A stretch of 64,000 bases of DNA from Chitinophagales bacterium. Lineage in GTDB: Bacteria; Bacteroidota; Bacteroidia; Chitinophagales; LD1. The notes under the pieces were generated by a model, which ran no database searches, was not told where the DNA came from, and was given only the letters and a program-made list of their open reading frames with translations. This document shows positions 28,406 through 37,186 of the stretch, piece after piece (positions within the stretch are counted from its first letter, which is position 1; each line of letters opens with the position of its first letter). Location: NCBI GenBank assembly GCA_016786765.1, contig JAEUUZ010000004.1, positions 105,311 through 169,310 on the forward strand. The letters are read 5' to 3'. The position numbers and the translations under genes are program-made.

Positions 28406-30031
28406 ATGACATTGAAACACTTTTGCAACATACTCCTTTTAGTAAGCTTATCGGCCTTCGCCAAAAATCCTGTTGCGGATCGCCCGAAATTAGTAATAGG
28501 TATAGTGGTAGACCAAATGCGTTGGGATTTTCTGTATCGATATTCCGCAAAATATGGAAATGACGGATTCAAACGATTACAACGCGAAGGTTATAGCTGT
28601 GAAAACACGCACATCCCCTATAGCTTAACGTTTACAGCACCCGGCCATACTTGTATTTACACAGGTTCTGTACCGGCATTGCATGGCATTACCGGCAACA
28701 ATTGGTACGATAGAATTGTAAAGAAAGAAGTGTATTGCACCACCGATAAAACAGTGCAACCTATTGGCGGCTCATTTAAAGGCGGACAACAATCGCCTCA
28801 CAATTTAAAAGTAACCACCATTACCGATGAATTGCGTTTAGCCACCAACTTCAAATCAAAAGTGATTGCTTTGGCCATTAAAGATCGTTCTTCGATTTTA
28901 CCGGGTGGGCATACTTCCAACGGCACCTTTTGGTATGACGATAGTACCGGTAATTTTATCACCAGCTCTTTTTACAGAAAGGATTTACCCCAATGGGTTA
29001 CGTCCTTCAACAATCAACATTTTCCGGAGCAATACCTGAAAAACGATTGGAAGTTAACGCTCGATTATTCTAAATATGAAGAAAGTAGCGAAGACGATGC
29101 AAGTTGGGAGAACCATTACGATGAAGAAGAAAAGCCCGTGTTCACGCATGCTATTAGCGGTTTCAAACCAAAACAGTTCAAGTTGATGCGCAACACCCCC
29201 TTCGGCAACAGCTTAACGTTTGCATTTGCGAAAGCAGCAATTGAAGGCGATACACTGGGCAACCGTGGCGTAACCGATTTCTTGGCGGTAAGCTTTTCGC
29301 CTACGGATGGGGTTGGACATCAATTCGGGCCGAATTCAGTGGAAGTAGAAGACATGTACCTGCGTTTCGATAAAGAAATGGCCGATTTTATCCAATATCT
29401 CGATACGAAAGTTGGGAAAGGCAATTACTTACTTTTCTTAACAGCCGATCATGGGGCGGCACATGCGGCTGATTTCAGCAAGTTCCACAAAATTCCTTCG
29501 GAAAGTATGTTTGAAGAAAATATCACTAAAAAACTCGATTCCTTTTTATTGGCCAAATACAATTCAAAAGCACTTACACAATCGCTTATCAACCATCAAA
29601 TCTTTTTTAACGAAGAAGAAATGCAAAAAATAGGCGTGAAAGATAATGAATTGAAAACCGAAATTACACGCTTTTTGCTCCAATTCAGTAATGTTAACCG
29701 AGTTGTAGATTTAAAACAAATAGGTTCCGCCAATTTACCGGATGCCCTTAAAATGCGCATGACCAATATGTATATGCCGGCCAGGTCGGGCGATTTAGAA
29801 GTAATTCCCCAATCGGCTCAACTGGATGAATTTCTTAAAGGCACTACCCATGGAACTGCCTATGCCTACGACACACATATTCCTCTGATTTGGTATGGCT
29901 GGAAGGTAAAAAAAGGCAAAGACTACTCGACTGTTGACATGACCGATATTTCTAGAACTTTAGCTTCTTTATTAAATATTCAAGAACCAAGCGGGTGTGT
30001 AGGAAAAGTAATTCAAGGATTATTTAAATAG
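28406..30031 (+). CDS. pafA: PafA/PhoK-type alkaline phosphatase
   Basis: [22 protein letters not shown] (Thr nucleophile), [21 protein letters not shown]. Confidence 0.9.
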   Translation: MTLKHFCNILLLVSLSAFAKNPVADRPKLVIGIVVDQMRWDFLYRYSAKYGNDGFKRLQREGYSCENTHIPYSLTFTAPGHTCIYTGSVPALHGITGNNWYDRIVKKEVYCTTDKTVQPIGGSFKGGQQSPHNLKVTTITDELRLATNFKSKVIALAIKDRSSILPGGHTSNGTFWYDDSTGNFITSSFYRKDLPQWVTSFNNQHFPEQYLKNDWKLTLDYSKYEESSEDDASWENHYDEEEKPVFTHAISGFKPKQFKLMRNTPFGNSLTFAFAKAAIEGDTLGNRGVTDFLAVSFSPTDGVGHQFGPNSVEVEDMYLRFDKEMADFIQYLDTKVGKGNYLLFLTADHGAAHAADFSKFHKIPSESMFEENITKKLDSFLLAKYNSKALTQSLINHQIFFNEEEMQKIGVKDNELKTEITRFLLQFSNVNRVVDLKQIGSANLPDALKMRMTNMYMPARSGDLEVIPQSAQLDEFLKGTTHGTAYAYDTHIPLIWYGWKVKKGKDYSTVDMTDISRTLASLLNIQEPSGCVGKVIQGLFK

Positions 30032-30036
30032 GAATG

Positions 30037-30066
30037 TTTGTTTATTTCAAAAAATGTTTAGATTTG
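30037..30066 (+). promoter_or_regulatory. Promoter for rpmE2
   Basis: TTTG (30037-30040), 18 nt, TAGATTTG (30059-30066). Confidence 0.6.
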
Positions 30067-30086
30067 CACTCCAAAAATTGATAAAA

Positions 30087-30332
30087 ATGAAACCTGAAAT
30101 TCATCCATCATCTTATAGAACAGTAGTTTTTAAAGATATTTCGTGCGATAAATCTTTCTTAACCAAATCTTGCGCAAACTCTAAAGAGACCACCGTTTGG
30201 GAAGATGGTAACACGTATCCATTGATCAAAGTGGAGATTTCTAACGAATCTCACCCTTTCTTCACCGGAAAAATGAAATTCGTTGATACTGCAGGTCGTA
30301 TCGATAAATTCAACAAAAAATACAAAAAGTAA
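30087..30332 (+). CDS. rpmE2: 50S ribosomal protein L31 type B
   Basis: [32 protein letters not shown]; no CxxC. Confidence 0.95.
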   Translation: MKPEIHPSSYRTVVFKDISCDKSFLTKSCANSKETTVWEDGNTYPLIKVEISNESHPFFTGKMKFVDTAGRIDKFNKKYKK

Positions 30333-30354
30333 TTTTTTAGCTTTTTCAATAGAG

Positions 30355-30386
30355 AAACCCGTATCCAATTTGGTACGGGTTTTTTG
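30355..30386 (+). terminator. Intrinsic terminator after rpmE2
   Basis: AAACCCGTA...TACGGGTTTTTT. Confidence 0.75.
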
Positions 30387-30563
30387 TTTTCATTATTATA
30401 AACCAAAAAAAATGACGATTGGACACTGAAAATTTAACAAAAACACCATTTCACTTGTATTTCGTTGAAATTCTATCCTATTATGTTTACCCCTAACATT
30501 TTAACTTCTAAGTAATGTTATCTTTACAACTTTCCCGTTCATTTACAACATAAATCTAATCCT

Positions 30564-33500
30564 ATGCGCAAGACTCTACTCGGTCTACTATTTATTAGTT
30601 CGTTGCTTTTTGAGGCCAAAGCCCAAACAGTAAGCTATACAACTGCCGGAACCCCTGCAACACAAAACTTTAACACATTACCCACTTCCGGAACGCAAGC
30701 GATAACTACACCGTTTGATTTAAGTGCTTCACCGGTAAGTGCAACCGGAATGGGCGGATGGTATGTTAGTAAGGTGAGCGGAACTATTGCCAATTTAATT
30801 GGAGGGACCGGTTCAGGCAATACTGGTGGGGCTTATAATTTTGGGTCAACTTCTGCTACGGATAGATGTTTAGGCGCTTTAGCCAGTGCTAATATTCCAC
30901 GTTTAGGCGTTTTACTTACCAATAATACCGGTACTACACTTACAACTTTTACGGTTACTTTTACCGGTGAACAATGGAGAAATGGGGGTAGTAACAATGT
31001 AAATACGCTCGCATTTGCATATAAAATTGGAGCAACAAATATTGACGATGCAGCTGGCTATGTTGCCAATACTGCAGGAAATTTCTCGTCTGTGAAAACA
31101 TCAGCAACAGCATCAGCGCTTGATGGTAATCTTGCCGCAAACCGAGGCAACGTATCGGTTACTGTTACAGGTATTTCTTGGGCTGACGGAACTGTTTTAG
31201 GCCTTCGTTGGGATGACGCAAATGATACAGGGTCGGATGACGGACTAGGCATTGATGACTGGTCGTTTACTGCAGCTGCAGGAACTCCACTACCATCGGT
31301 TTCATTGTCGCTTAGCCCTAGCAGTGGATCGGAAGCCGGAGCAACTGTAGTAACGCTTACTGCAACATCATCATCGGCTGTAACAGCCGATGAAACCGTA
31401 GATGTAACCATAAGCGGAACCGGAATAACTGCAGGTGATTATACACTTGGCGCAACTTCCATCACTATTCTGAACGGACAAACAACCGGAACAACAACTT
31501 TTACAGTAGTTGATGACGCAGCAGTTGAAGGGACTGAAACAGCTACAATTGCACTTTCAAATCCTTCTTCCGGCATTACACTTAGTGGTGCTACGCAGAA
31601 TTTGTCGATTGCCGATAATGATGGTTATACTTATTATTCACAGACAAGCGGTTTACATTCCGCTGCTATTTGGGCAACAACGCCTGTAGGCACACCTGCT
31701 ACAGCCGTATTCAACAACTTGAATAGTTTTGTTGTACAAAACGGAAACACGGTAACAATCAATGCTTCGGGTCTTGATATGAAAAACATTACCGTTGATA
31801 ATGGAGGAAAACTGTATACTAATACCAGTGGAACCAATAGATATATCAACTTATATGGAGATATCGTTAACAATGGAATTATTGGTGATGGAGCATTAAA
31901 TGATGGATTAGGCTTGAATATTGAAGCAGCAGCTTCATCTATTAGTGGCTCAGGCGTTACCGACCTTGCACGAATCAGAAAAAACACAGCTACAGTTCCA
32001 ACGGCTACATTAACTATTGCTACTGATGTCAACCTGAGATTTGCCGGAACCGGTTTTTACAACAATGCCTCTGCTCAATTTAACTTGATTATTAATAGCG
32101 GCAAAACATTAAACGTTATTGGTTCGAATGGTGCAGATGGCGATTTTGCTATTGATGGTACAAGTGGTAACTCTCCTACATTAGCGAGAGGCATTGTAAC
32201 CGTTAATGGAACGCTAACTGTTTCCAATATTCTTTATGCTCGCTCCAGCAACAGTACAGCATCAACAGGAATTACTGTTACAAACAGAGGAGTAATCAAT
32301 GCTAAAAATGTTTTTGTAGAATTAGCTACAGGCACATCACCATTTGTGTTCGATATCCAATCAGGAGCTATTTTGAATGTATTTAATTCGCTTCACCTTA
32401 TAAATGGAGCATTCAACCCTTCCGGACAAGTGATTCTCCATTCTACAGCCGATAATCAATGTGCTTATGTAGACAACTACTCTGCCGGCTATACAGGAAC
32501 TGTAGGCACAATCACTTCACAACGATTTGTTCCTGATGCAGGCTTCAATCAACACTTCATTTCTTCGCCAATTGCTAATACTAACTTCTCCGCTATTGGG
32601 GCAGTTACAGGCACAGACAATGTTTTTATTACACCAAGCGCAAACTGCGATGAAAACAATTTAGCTGTTGGTTCCAATTACGGCAACTTCTTCGAATGGG
32701 TAGAATCTAATGTTGGCGGTGGTTGTATTTTAAATGGATGGAAAGTAAAATCTGCCGGAACATTAGCTGATGCCAAAGGTTACTCTGCTTACTTAAACGG
32801 CAATGCCACTTTTACTTTAACCGGAACACCGAATCAAGGCGCAAGCTACAGCACCTCTACAACACGCGGTACATGGTCAACAACTACAACACTTCAAGGA
32901 AACAGTTATCAATCGGGTTGGAACCTAGTAGGTAATCCGTTCTTATCGACAGTGAACTTGGCTACAAAAGCAGGTATTGATAACGATGTAAAAGTGTATA
33001 ACACTACCGGTCCATACCAAGGAACCTACTCTACATTATTTGCAGGCTCCGGTGCGGCTTTCATTGCTCCTTACCAAGGATTCTATGTAAGAAACTCGGC
33101 AGCAGGGCCAGGCACATACACTGTAAACAAAACAGAATGCGTTAACACTGCAGCTACATTTAATAAAAATGGAGAGCAAGTGGTACAGCTTGTTGTTGAA
33201 GGAAACGGATTTGCAGATAAAACAAATATTGCATTCGAAACAGCTGCAACTGCAAACTATGACAATGGTTTTGATGCCGTTAAATTCTTAAGCCGTGGCG
33301 GACAACCTACCATCTACACCATGATTGATGATGTGAAAGCAGAATACAACATTTTGAATAACATCACTGAAACGCCAAGTGTGGATGTTTATTTCCAACC
33401 GGGAACCAATGGCAACTTCACTTTATCGTTCAACGATTTGAGCAATTTGCCTGCGAACACTAAAGTTGTTTTAGAAGATAAAAAACTAAACACATTTACA

Positions 33501-33848
33501 CCAATTACTGCAAACACTAAATATACTTTTACTTCAACTACACAAGACCCCAAAAACAGATTCACGTTGCTCTTTACTGAAGAAGCTGCACCTACAGGCA
33601 TCGACAAAACTACTGAAAACACACCTGAAATATACATCAGTAATCATCAGTTGTTCGTGAATACTAAATCGCTTAATAATGAAGTGAAAGCGATTACAGC
33701 TTTCAATGTTTTAGGTCAAACAGAATTTACTTCGAATGCTACCAACGGACTTTTTGTTAAGCCTTTAGAAAACACAAACACAGGCGTATTGATTGTGCGT
33801 GTTGACTTTAAAGATGGCACACACTTCTCAAAATCTGTTGCGAAATAG
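30564..33848 (+). CDS. Large T9SS-secreted protein (Calx-beta domain, G/T/N-rich beta-stranded stalk, type A CTD)
   Basis: Signal peptide, VVDDAAVEGTET Calx-beta, GWNLVGNPF, CTD ...FNVLGQ...TGVLIVRV...SKSVAK. Confidence 0.85.
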   Translation: MRKTLLGLLFISSLLFEAKAQTVSYTTAGTPATQNFNTLPTSGTQAITTPFDLSASPVSATGMGGWYVSKVSGTIANLIGGTGSGNTGGAYNFGSTSATDRCLGALASANIPRLGVLLTNNTGTTLTTFTVTFTGEQWRNGGSNNVNTLAFAYKIGATNIDDAAGYVANTAGNFSSVKTSATASALDGNLAANRGNVSVTVTGISWADGTVLGLRWDDANDTGSDDGLGIDDWSFTAAAGTPLPSVSLSLSPSSGSEAGATVVTLTATSSSAVTADETVDVTISGTGITAGDYTLGATSITILNGQTTGTTTFTVVDDAAVEGTETATIALSNPSSGITLSGATQNLSIADNDGYTYYSQTSGLHSAAIWATTPVGTPATAVFNNLNSFVVQNGNTVTINASGLDMKNITVDNGGKLYTNTSGTNRYINLYGDIVNNGIIGDGALNDGLGLNIEAAASSISGSGVTDLARIRKNTATVPTATLTIATDVNLRFAGTGFYNNASAQFNLIINSGKTLNVIGSNGADGDFAIDGTSGNSPTLARGIVTVNGTLTVSNILYARSSNSTASTGITVTNRGVINAKNVFVELATGTSPFVFDIQSGAILNVFNSLHLINGAFNPSGQVILHSTADNQCAYVDNYSAGYTGTVGTITSQRFVPDAGFNQHFISSPIANTNFSAIGAVTGTDNVFITPSANCDENNLAVGSNYGNFFEWVESNVGGGCILNGWKVKSAGTLADAKGYSAYLNGNATFTLTGTPNQGASYSTSTTRGTWSTTTTLQGNSYQSGWNLVGNPFLSTVNLATKAGIDNDVKVYNTTGPYQGTYSTLFAGSGAAFIAPYQGFYVRNSAAGPGTYTVNKTECVNTAATFNKNGEQVVQLVVEGNGFADKTNIAFETAATANYDNGFDAVKFLSRGGQPTIYTMIDDVKAEYNILNNITETPSVDVYFQPGTNGNFTLSFNDLSNLPANTKVVLEDKKLNTFTPITANTKYTFTSTTQDPKNRFTLLFTEEAAPTGIDKTTENTPEIYISNHQLFVNTKSLNNEVKAITAFNVLGQTEFTSNATNGLFVKPLENTNTGVLIVRVDFKDGTHFSKSVAK

Positions 33849-33867
33849 TCTATAAGCTTATCGCAAT

Positions 33868-33903
33868 AAAAAAGCCTGAATGGATTTCCATTCAGGCTTT
33901 TTT
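33868..33903. terminator. Bidirectional intrinsic terminator
   Basis: AAAAAAGCCTGAATGGA-TT-TCCATTCAGGCTTTTTT between convergent genes. Confidence 0.85.
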
Positions 33904-33926
33904 GCTTTCAATACTGTCGTATAAGA

Positions 33927-34091
33927 CTATGTTTTCTTTCTATCGTGATGAATATCAAATTCACGTTTAGGATCTTCCATGTTCTTCTCAAACTTTTTTT
34001 CGTCTTTGAAGTTTCGGTATATAGCCCATACCAAAATAGCAAGCACTAATAACCCAAGTGCAAAAAGTAAAGGGTAGTTTATCGTTTCCAT
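33927..34091 (-). CDS. 54-aa single-TM small protein
   Basis: Below the ORF-track cutoff: METINYPLLFALGLLVLAILVWAIYRNFKDEKKFEKNMEDPKREFDIHHDRKKT; stops just before the terminator. Confidence 0.7.
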   Translation of the reverse strand: METINYPLLFALGLLVLAILVWAIYRNFKDEKKFEKNMEDPKREFDIHHDRKKT

Positions 34092-34244
34092 ATATATTTT
34101 ATTTAAGTATTAAATCGTTTTGTCAAAATCAAGGCAAATATCAGGCATGTATGTTATCGGTATCTGACGGAAATCTTAAGCAACTGTTACTTACTAGCTA
34201 GATTTGACTTAAACTAACGTAAAGTTAATAAAATCAAAGCCTAT

Positions 34245-35045
34245 CTACTGTTTATGTTTTCTCATTTTAGTGAAATCAACCACATAATTAAAGCCAACGA
34301 AAAGGGTGTGATTTGATTCGGCTAGCATACCCTCCTTTTTTATAATTAACTGGTGTAAATAGCCTAACTGAACCGTTCCATATTTGCTAAACTTATACCC
34401 AAATCCTGCATATGCTCGATTCTGATCAGGTAATCGATACGTAACATTCTTTCCAAAGCTGATGAACACTTCATCCCAAGCAGAAAAGAAAACAGTATGC
34501 GCATCCATTACCTTGTGGTTAATCGGGACATTCACCATTATACGATAACGCAACCGATTCTTGTAAATGTAATTTTGCAGCTGATACGATCCATCACTTT
34601 GCTTTACTTTATGCTCTTGCCAACGTTGTTCCAAACGAAGTCGCTGCTCGAAAAATAATCGACAGGTGTTGAGCTTAATGTTGATTTGCTCATATATGCG
34701 ATGTTCGTTCTCAGTTACGGCTACTGGCTGTTTTCCATACTTATAATTCCAAGTATAAACATAGCCGATAGGACTAATCGTAACTTTGTCGTTTACAAAA
34801 ACATCCATGTTCCCTCGCAATTGATGTTGTTGACTATGTGTAAATTGATTAAAACGCAATTGTCCCTCGAGATAAAACCCAACATACTTGTGTACTCTAA
34901 GATTAAGTGACGGCACAAACCAATTATTAAACTGCTGATCGGTATGGCGCTCAACACTTTGCGCTAACATTGGCTGTGTTAAGCCTATCATTATTAAAAG
35001 TGAAAATAACAATAAGCAAATGTTACGAATGTAGAATTTCAACAT
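34245..35045 (-). CDS. DUF2490 family outer-membrane beta-barrel protein
   Basis: Signal peptide, NEHRIYEQ, RLRLEQRW, NRLRYR, DEVF, DQNRAYAGFGY. Confidence 0.85.
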   Translation of the reverse strand: MLKFYIRNICLLLFSLLIMIGLTQPMLAQSVERHTDQQFNNWFVPSLNLRVHKYVGFYLEGQLRFNQFTHSQQHQLRGNMDVFVNDKVTISPIGYVYTWNYKYGKQPVAVTENEHRIYEQINIKLNTCRLFFEQRLRLEQRWQEHKVKQSDGSYQLQNYIYKNRLRYRIMVNVPINHKVMDAHTVFFSAWDEVFISFGKNVTYRLPDQNRAYAGFGYKFSKYGTVQLGYLHQLIIKKEGMLAESNHTLFVGFNYVVDFTKMRKHKQ

Positions 35046-35093
35046 ATAAATTGGCTGTTAGTAATTTTATAGAAAGCACGAAAGTATTTCCTT

Positions 35094-35209
35094 AATGTTA
35101 TCCGAATGTTAACCTTTAAAGTTTTCTTAACAAAGTGAGTAAATTGTGGATATTCACTAACATACTTAACATTGGCATAACATTACTCCACATAAAATAC
35201 CCTAACATT
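35094..35209. promoter_or_regulatory. Candidate PhoB/PhoP-type operator: TAACATT direct repeats at 11-bp spacing in both orientations
   Basis: AATGTTA at 35094 and 35105; TAACATT at 35167 and 35178; extra copies at 35158 (TAACAT) and 35203. Confidence 0.55.
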
Positions 35210-35233
35210 GCATCAATAAATAATCTAAATAAA

Positions 35234-35881
35234 ATGAAACTAGAAAAACTACTAGCGTTCTTTATTCCAAAAGACAAAATTTTCTTTACGCTTTTTGAAA
35301 AAGCAGCAAACAACTTGGTTGATATTTCAACAGTATTTAATGAATTAGTAAACACACCGGCTGCTGATAAACGCATGGATTTGGTAAAAAAAATCGAGGA
35401 CTTAGAGCATGTTGGCGACTCGGTAACGCATGAAATTTTCACAGCGCTTAGCACCAATTTTATTACTCCGTTCGATAGAGAAGATATTCAGTATTTAGCT
35501 TCATCGCTTGATGATATTGCCGATTATATTGATGGTTCGGCTAAGCGATTGGTACTGTATAAAATTGATGAGTATTCGCAACCTATGCGACAATTGGCCG
35601 AAGTTATTTTTAAATCGGCTATAGAAATTAAAGCTGCAGTTGGCGAATTGAAAAGCTTGGAAAACAAACTCCGTATTCGTGAGGCATTGGTGCGTATCAA
35701 TAGTTTAGAAAATCATGCCGATGATATTTTTGATGGAGCTATCGCCAACCTTTTTGAAGAAGAAAAAGACGCAATCAAAATCATTAAACTAAAAGAGATT
35801 CTTTCAAACATGGAAACAGCAACCGATAAATGCGAGGATGTTGCGAATGTGATTGAAACGATTTTAATTAAAAACAGCTAA
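35234..35881 (+). CDS. DUF47 (PhoU-like) phosphate transport regulator
   Basis: IEDLEHVGD, FITPFDREDI, LENHADD, TDKCEDVA; precedes pit. Confidence 0.92.
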   Translation: MKLEKLLAFFIPKDKIFFTLFEKAANNLVDISTVFNELVNTPAADKRMDLVKKIEDLEHVGDSVTHEIFTALSTNFITPFDREDIQYLASSLDDIADYIDGSAKRLVLYKIDEYSQPMRQLAEVIFKSAIEIKAAVGELKSLENKLRIREALVRINSLENHADDIFDGAIANLFEEEKDAIKIIKLKEILSNMETATDKCEDVANVIETILIKNS

Positions 35882-35892
35882 ACGAATACAGC

Positions 35893-36978
35893 ATGACCTT
35901 ATTATTGTTTGTTATTTTTTTGGCACTCGCGTTCGACTACATTAATGGATTCCACGATGCGGCAAACTCTATTGCTACTGTAGTGTCCACTAAAGTACTT
36001 TCTCCTTTCCAGGCCGTGGTGTGGGCGGCTTTCTTTAATGCCGTGGTATTCTTCTTGTGTAAACACCATTTGTTAGGTTTCGAATTAAAAGTAGCCGACT
36101 CGGTTTCTAAAATTGTAAAAACTGAAGCCATAACGCTTGTGGTAATTGTAGCCGGATTACTAGCGGCTATTTTCTGGAACTTACTTACTTGGTATTATGG
36201 TATTCCAAGTAGTTCTTCGCATACCTTGATGGGCGGATTTGCCGGTGCTGCCATTGCCAAAGCAGGATTTGGAGTATTGGCTGATGTAGGCAAAATATAT
36301 ACCACGGTGGCGTTCATTTTCTTGGCGCCTCTAATAGGTATGATACTGGGCTACTTTATAGCCGTACTGATATTACACTTATTTAAACGATCCAATCCGC
36401 ATCGTGCTGAACGTATTTTCAAAAAATTGCAATTGGTATCGTCTGCGGCATTCAGCTTAGGACACGGAGCCAACGATGCACAAAAAGTAATGGGAATTAT
36501 TGCTGCGGCCTTAATGGTGTATGCGCACACCGTTGATGCGAGTATGATTCCGGCTTGGGCACAAGTAGATATCTTGCAAGAAATGAAGAACGGCAAAATG
36601 ATAAATAAAATCAGTCACATTCCGGATTGGGTACAAATTGCTTGTTTTACAGCCATTGGTTTAGGTACTTTAAGTGGAGGATGGAGAATCATCAAAACCA
36701 TGGGTACGAAAATTACAAAGGTTACACCTTTGGAAGGTGTTGCTGCTGAAACGGCCGGTGCCATTACGCTTTACGGAACGCAATTGTTAGGCATTCCGGT
36801 AAGTACTACGCACACCATTACCGGTTCAATTATTGGTGTGGGTGTCACCAAAGGCCTTTCAGCCGTTAAATGGGGTGTTACCATCAGCTTGCTTTGGGCT
36901 TGGGTATTAACTATTCCGGTATCGGCAGCCATGGGCGGAATTGCTTATTTGATACTCCGAATGTTTTTAGGCGCATAA
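35893..36978 (+). CDS. pit: Inorganic phosphate transporter (PiT family)
   Basis: NGFHDAANSIAT, GIPSSSSH, GHGANDAQK, GIPVSTTH. Confidence 0.95.
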   Translation: MTLLLFVIFLALAFDYINGFHDAANSIATVVSTKVLSPFQAVVWAAFFNAVVFFLCKHHLLGFELKVADSVSKIVKTEAITLVVIVAGLLAAIFWNLLTWYYGIPSSSSHTLMGGFAGAAIAKAGFGVLADVGKIYTTVAFIFLAPLIGMILGYFIAVLILHLFKRSNPHRAERIFKKLQLVSSAAFSLGHGANDAQKVMGIIAAALMVYAHTVDASMIPAWAQVDILQEMKNGKMINKISHIPDWVQIACFTAIGLGTLSGGWRIIKTMGTKITKVTPLEGVAAETAGAITLYGTQLLGIPVSTTHTITGSIIGVGVTKGLSAVKWGVTISLLWAWVLTIPVSAAMGGIAYLILRMFLGA

Positions 36979-37003
36979 CAGCTACCGAATTTTACAATTA
37001 AAC

Positions 37004-37035
37004 AAAAACCCTTTGACAGTGTCGAGGGGTTTTTT
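37004..37035 (+). terminator. Terminator after pit, overlapping the tRNA-Leu promoter
   Basis: AAAAACCCTTTGAC-AGT-GTCGAGGGGTTTTT. Confidence 0.75.
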
Positions 37036-37042
37036 ATGTTTG
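37012..37042 (+). promoter_or_regulatory. Promoter for tRNA-Leu
   Basis: TTTG (37012-37015), 19 nt, TATGTTTG (37035-37042). Confidence 0.7.
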
Positions 37043-37057
37043 CGCCATGGTAATGCT

Positions 37058-37141
37058 GCCCAGATGGCGAAATTGGTAGACGCACTACCTTGAGGTGGTA
37101 GCGCCAGCAATGGTGTGCAAGTTCGAATCTTGTTCTGGGCA
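37058..37141 (+). tRNA. tRNA-Leu (GAG anticodon), 3'-CCA not encoded
   Basis: GCCCAGATGGCGAAATTGGTAGACGC..CTACC-TTGAGGT-GGTAG, long variable arm, GTTCGAATC, TCTGGGCA. Confidence 0.95.
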
Positions 37142-37149
37142 CAAAACTT

Positions 37150-37173
37150 AAAGTCACGCAAGTGGCTTTTTTT
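37150..37173 (+). terminator. Terminator after tRNA-Leu
   Basis: AAAGTCAC-GCAA-GTGGCTTTTTTT. Confidence 0.7.
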
Positions 37174-37186
37174 GTTTCTCTAACTT

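Noticed and set aside
30635-33637. Minus-strand ORFs within the T9SS gene
   Set aside because: Shadow frames caused by Thr/Gly/Ala codon bias
5731-33903. Similar ATGGA..TCCAT cores in the hairpins at 5731 and 33868 as a REP-like family
   Set aside because: Only two short copies, both fully explained as terminators
35135-35233. N-terminal extensions in the ORF track (DUF47, pyrG, rlmI, accC, rpmE2)
   Set aside because: Upstream in-frame alternative starts overlap promoters or regulatory DNA; family-typical N-termini begin at the downstream ATG
36945-37157. 70-aa minus-strand ORF
   Set aside because: Antisense to tRNA-Leu
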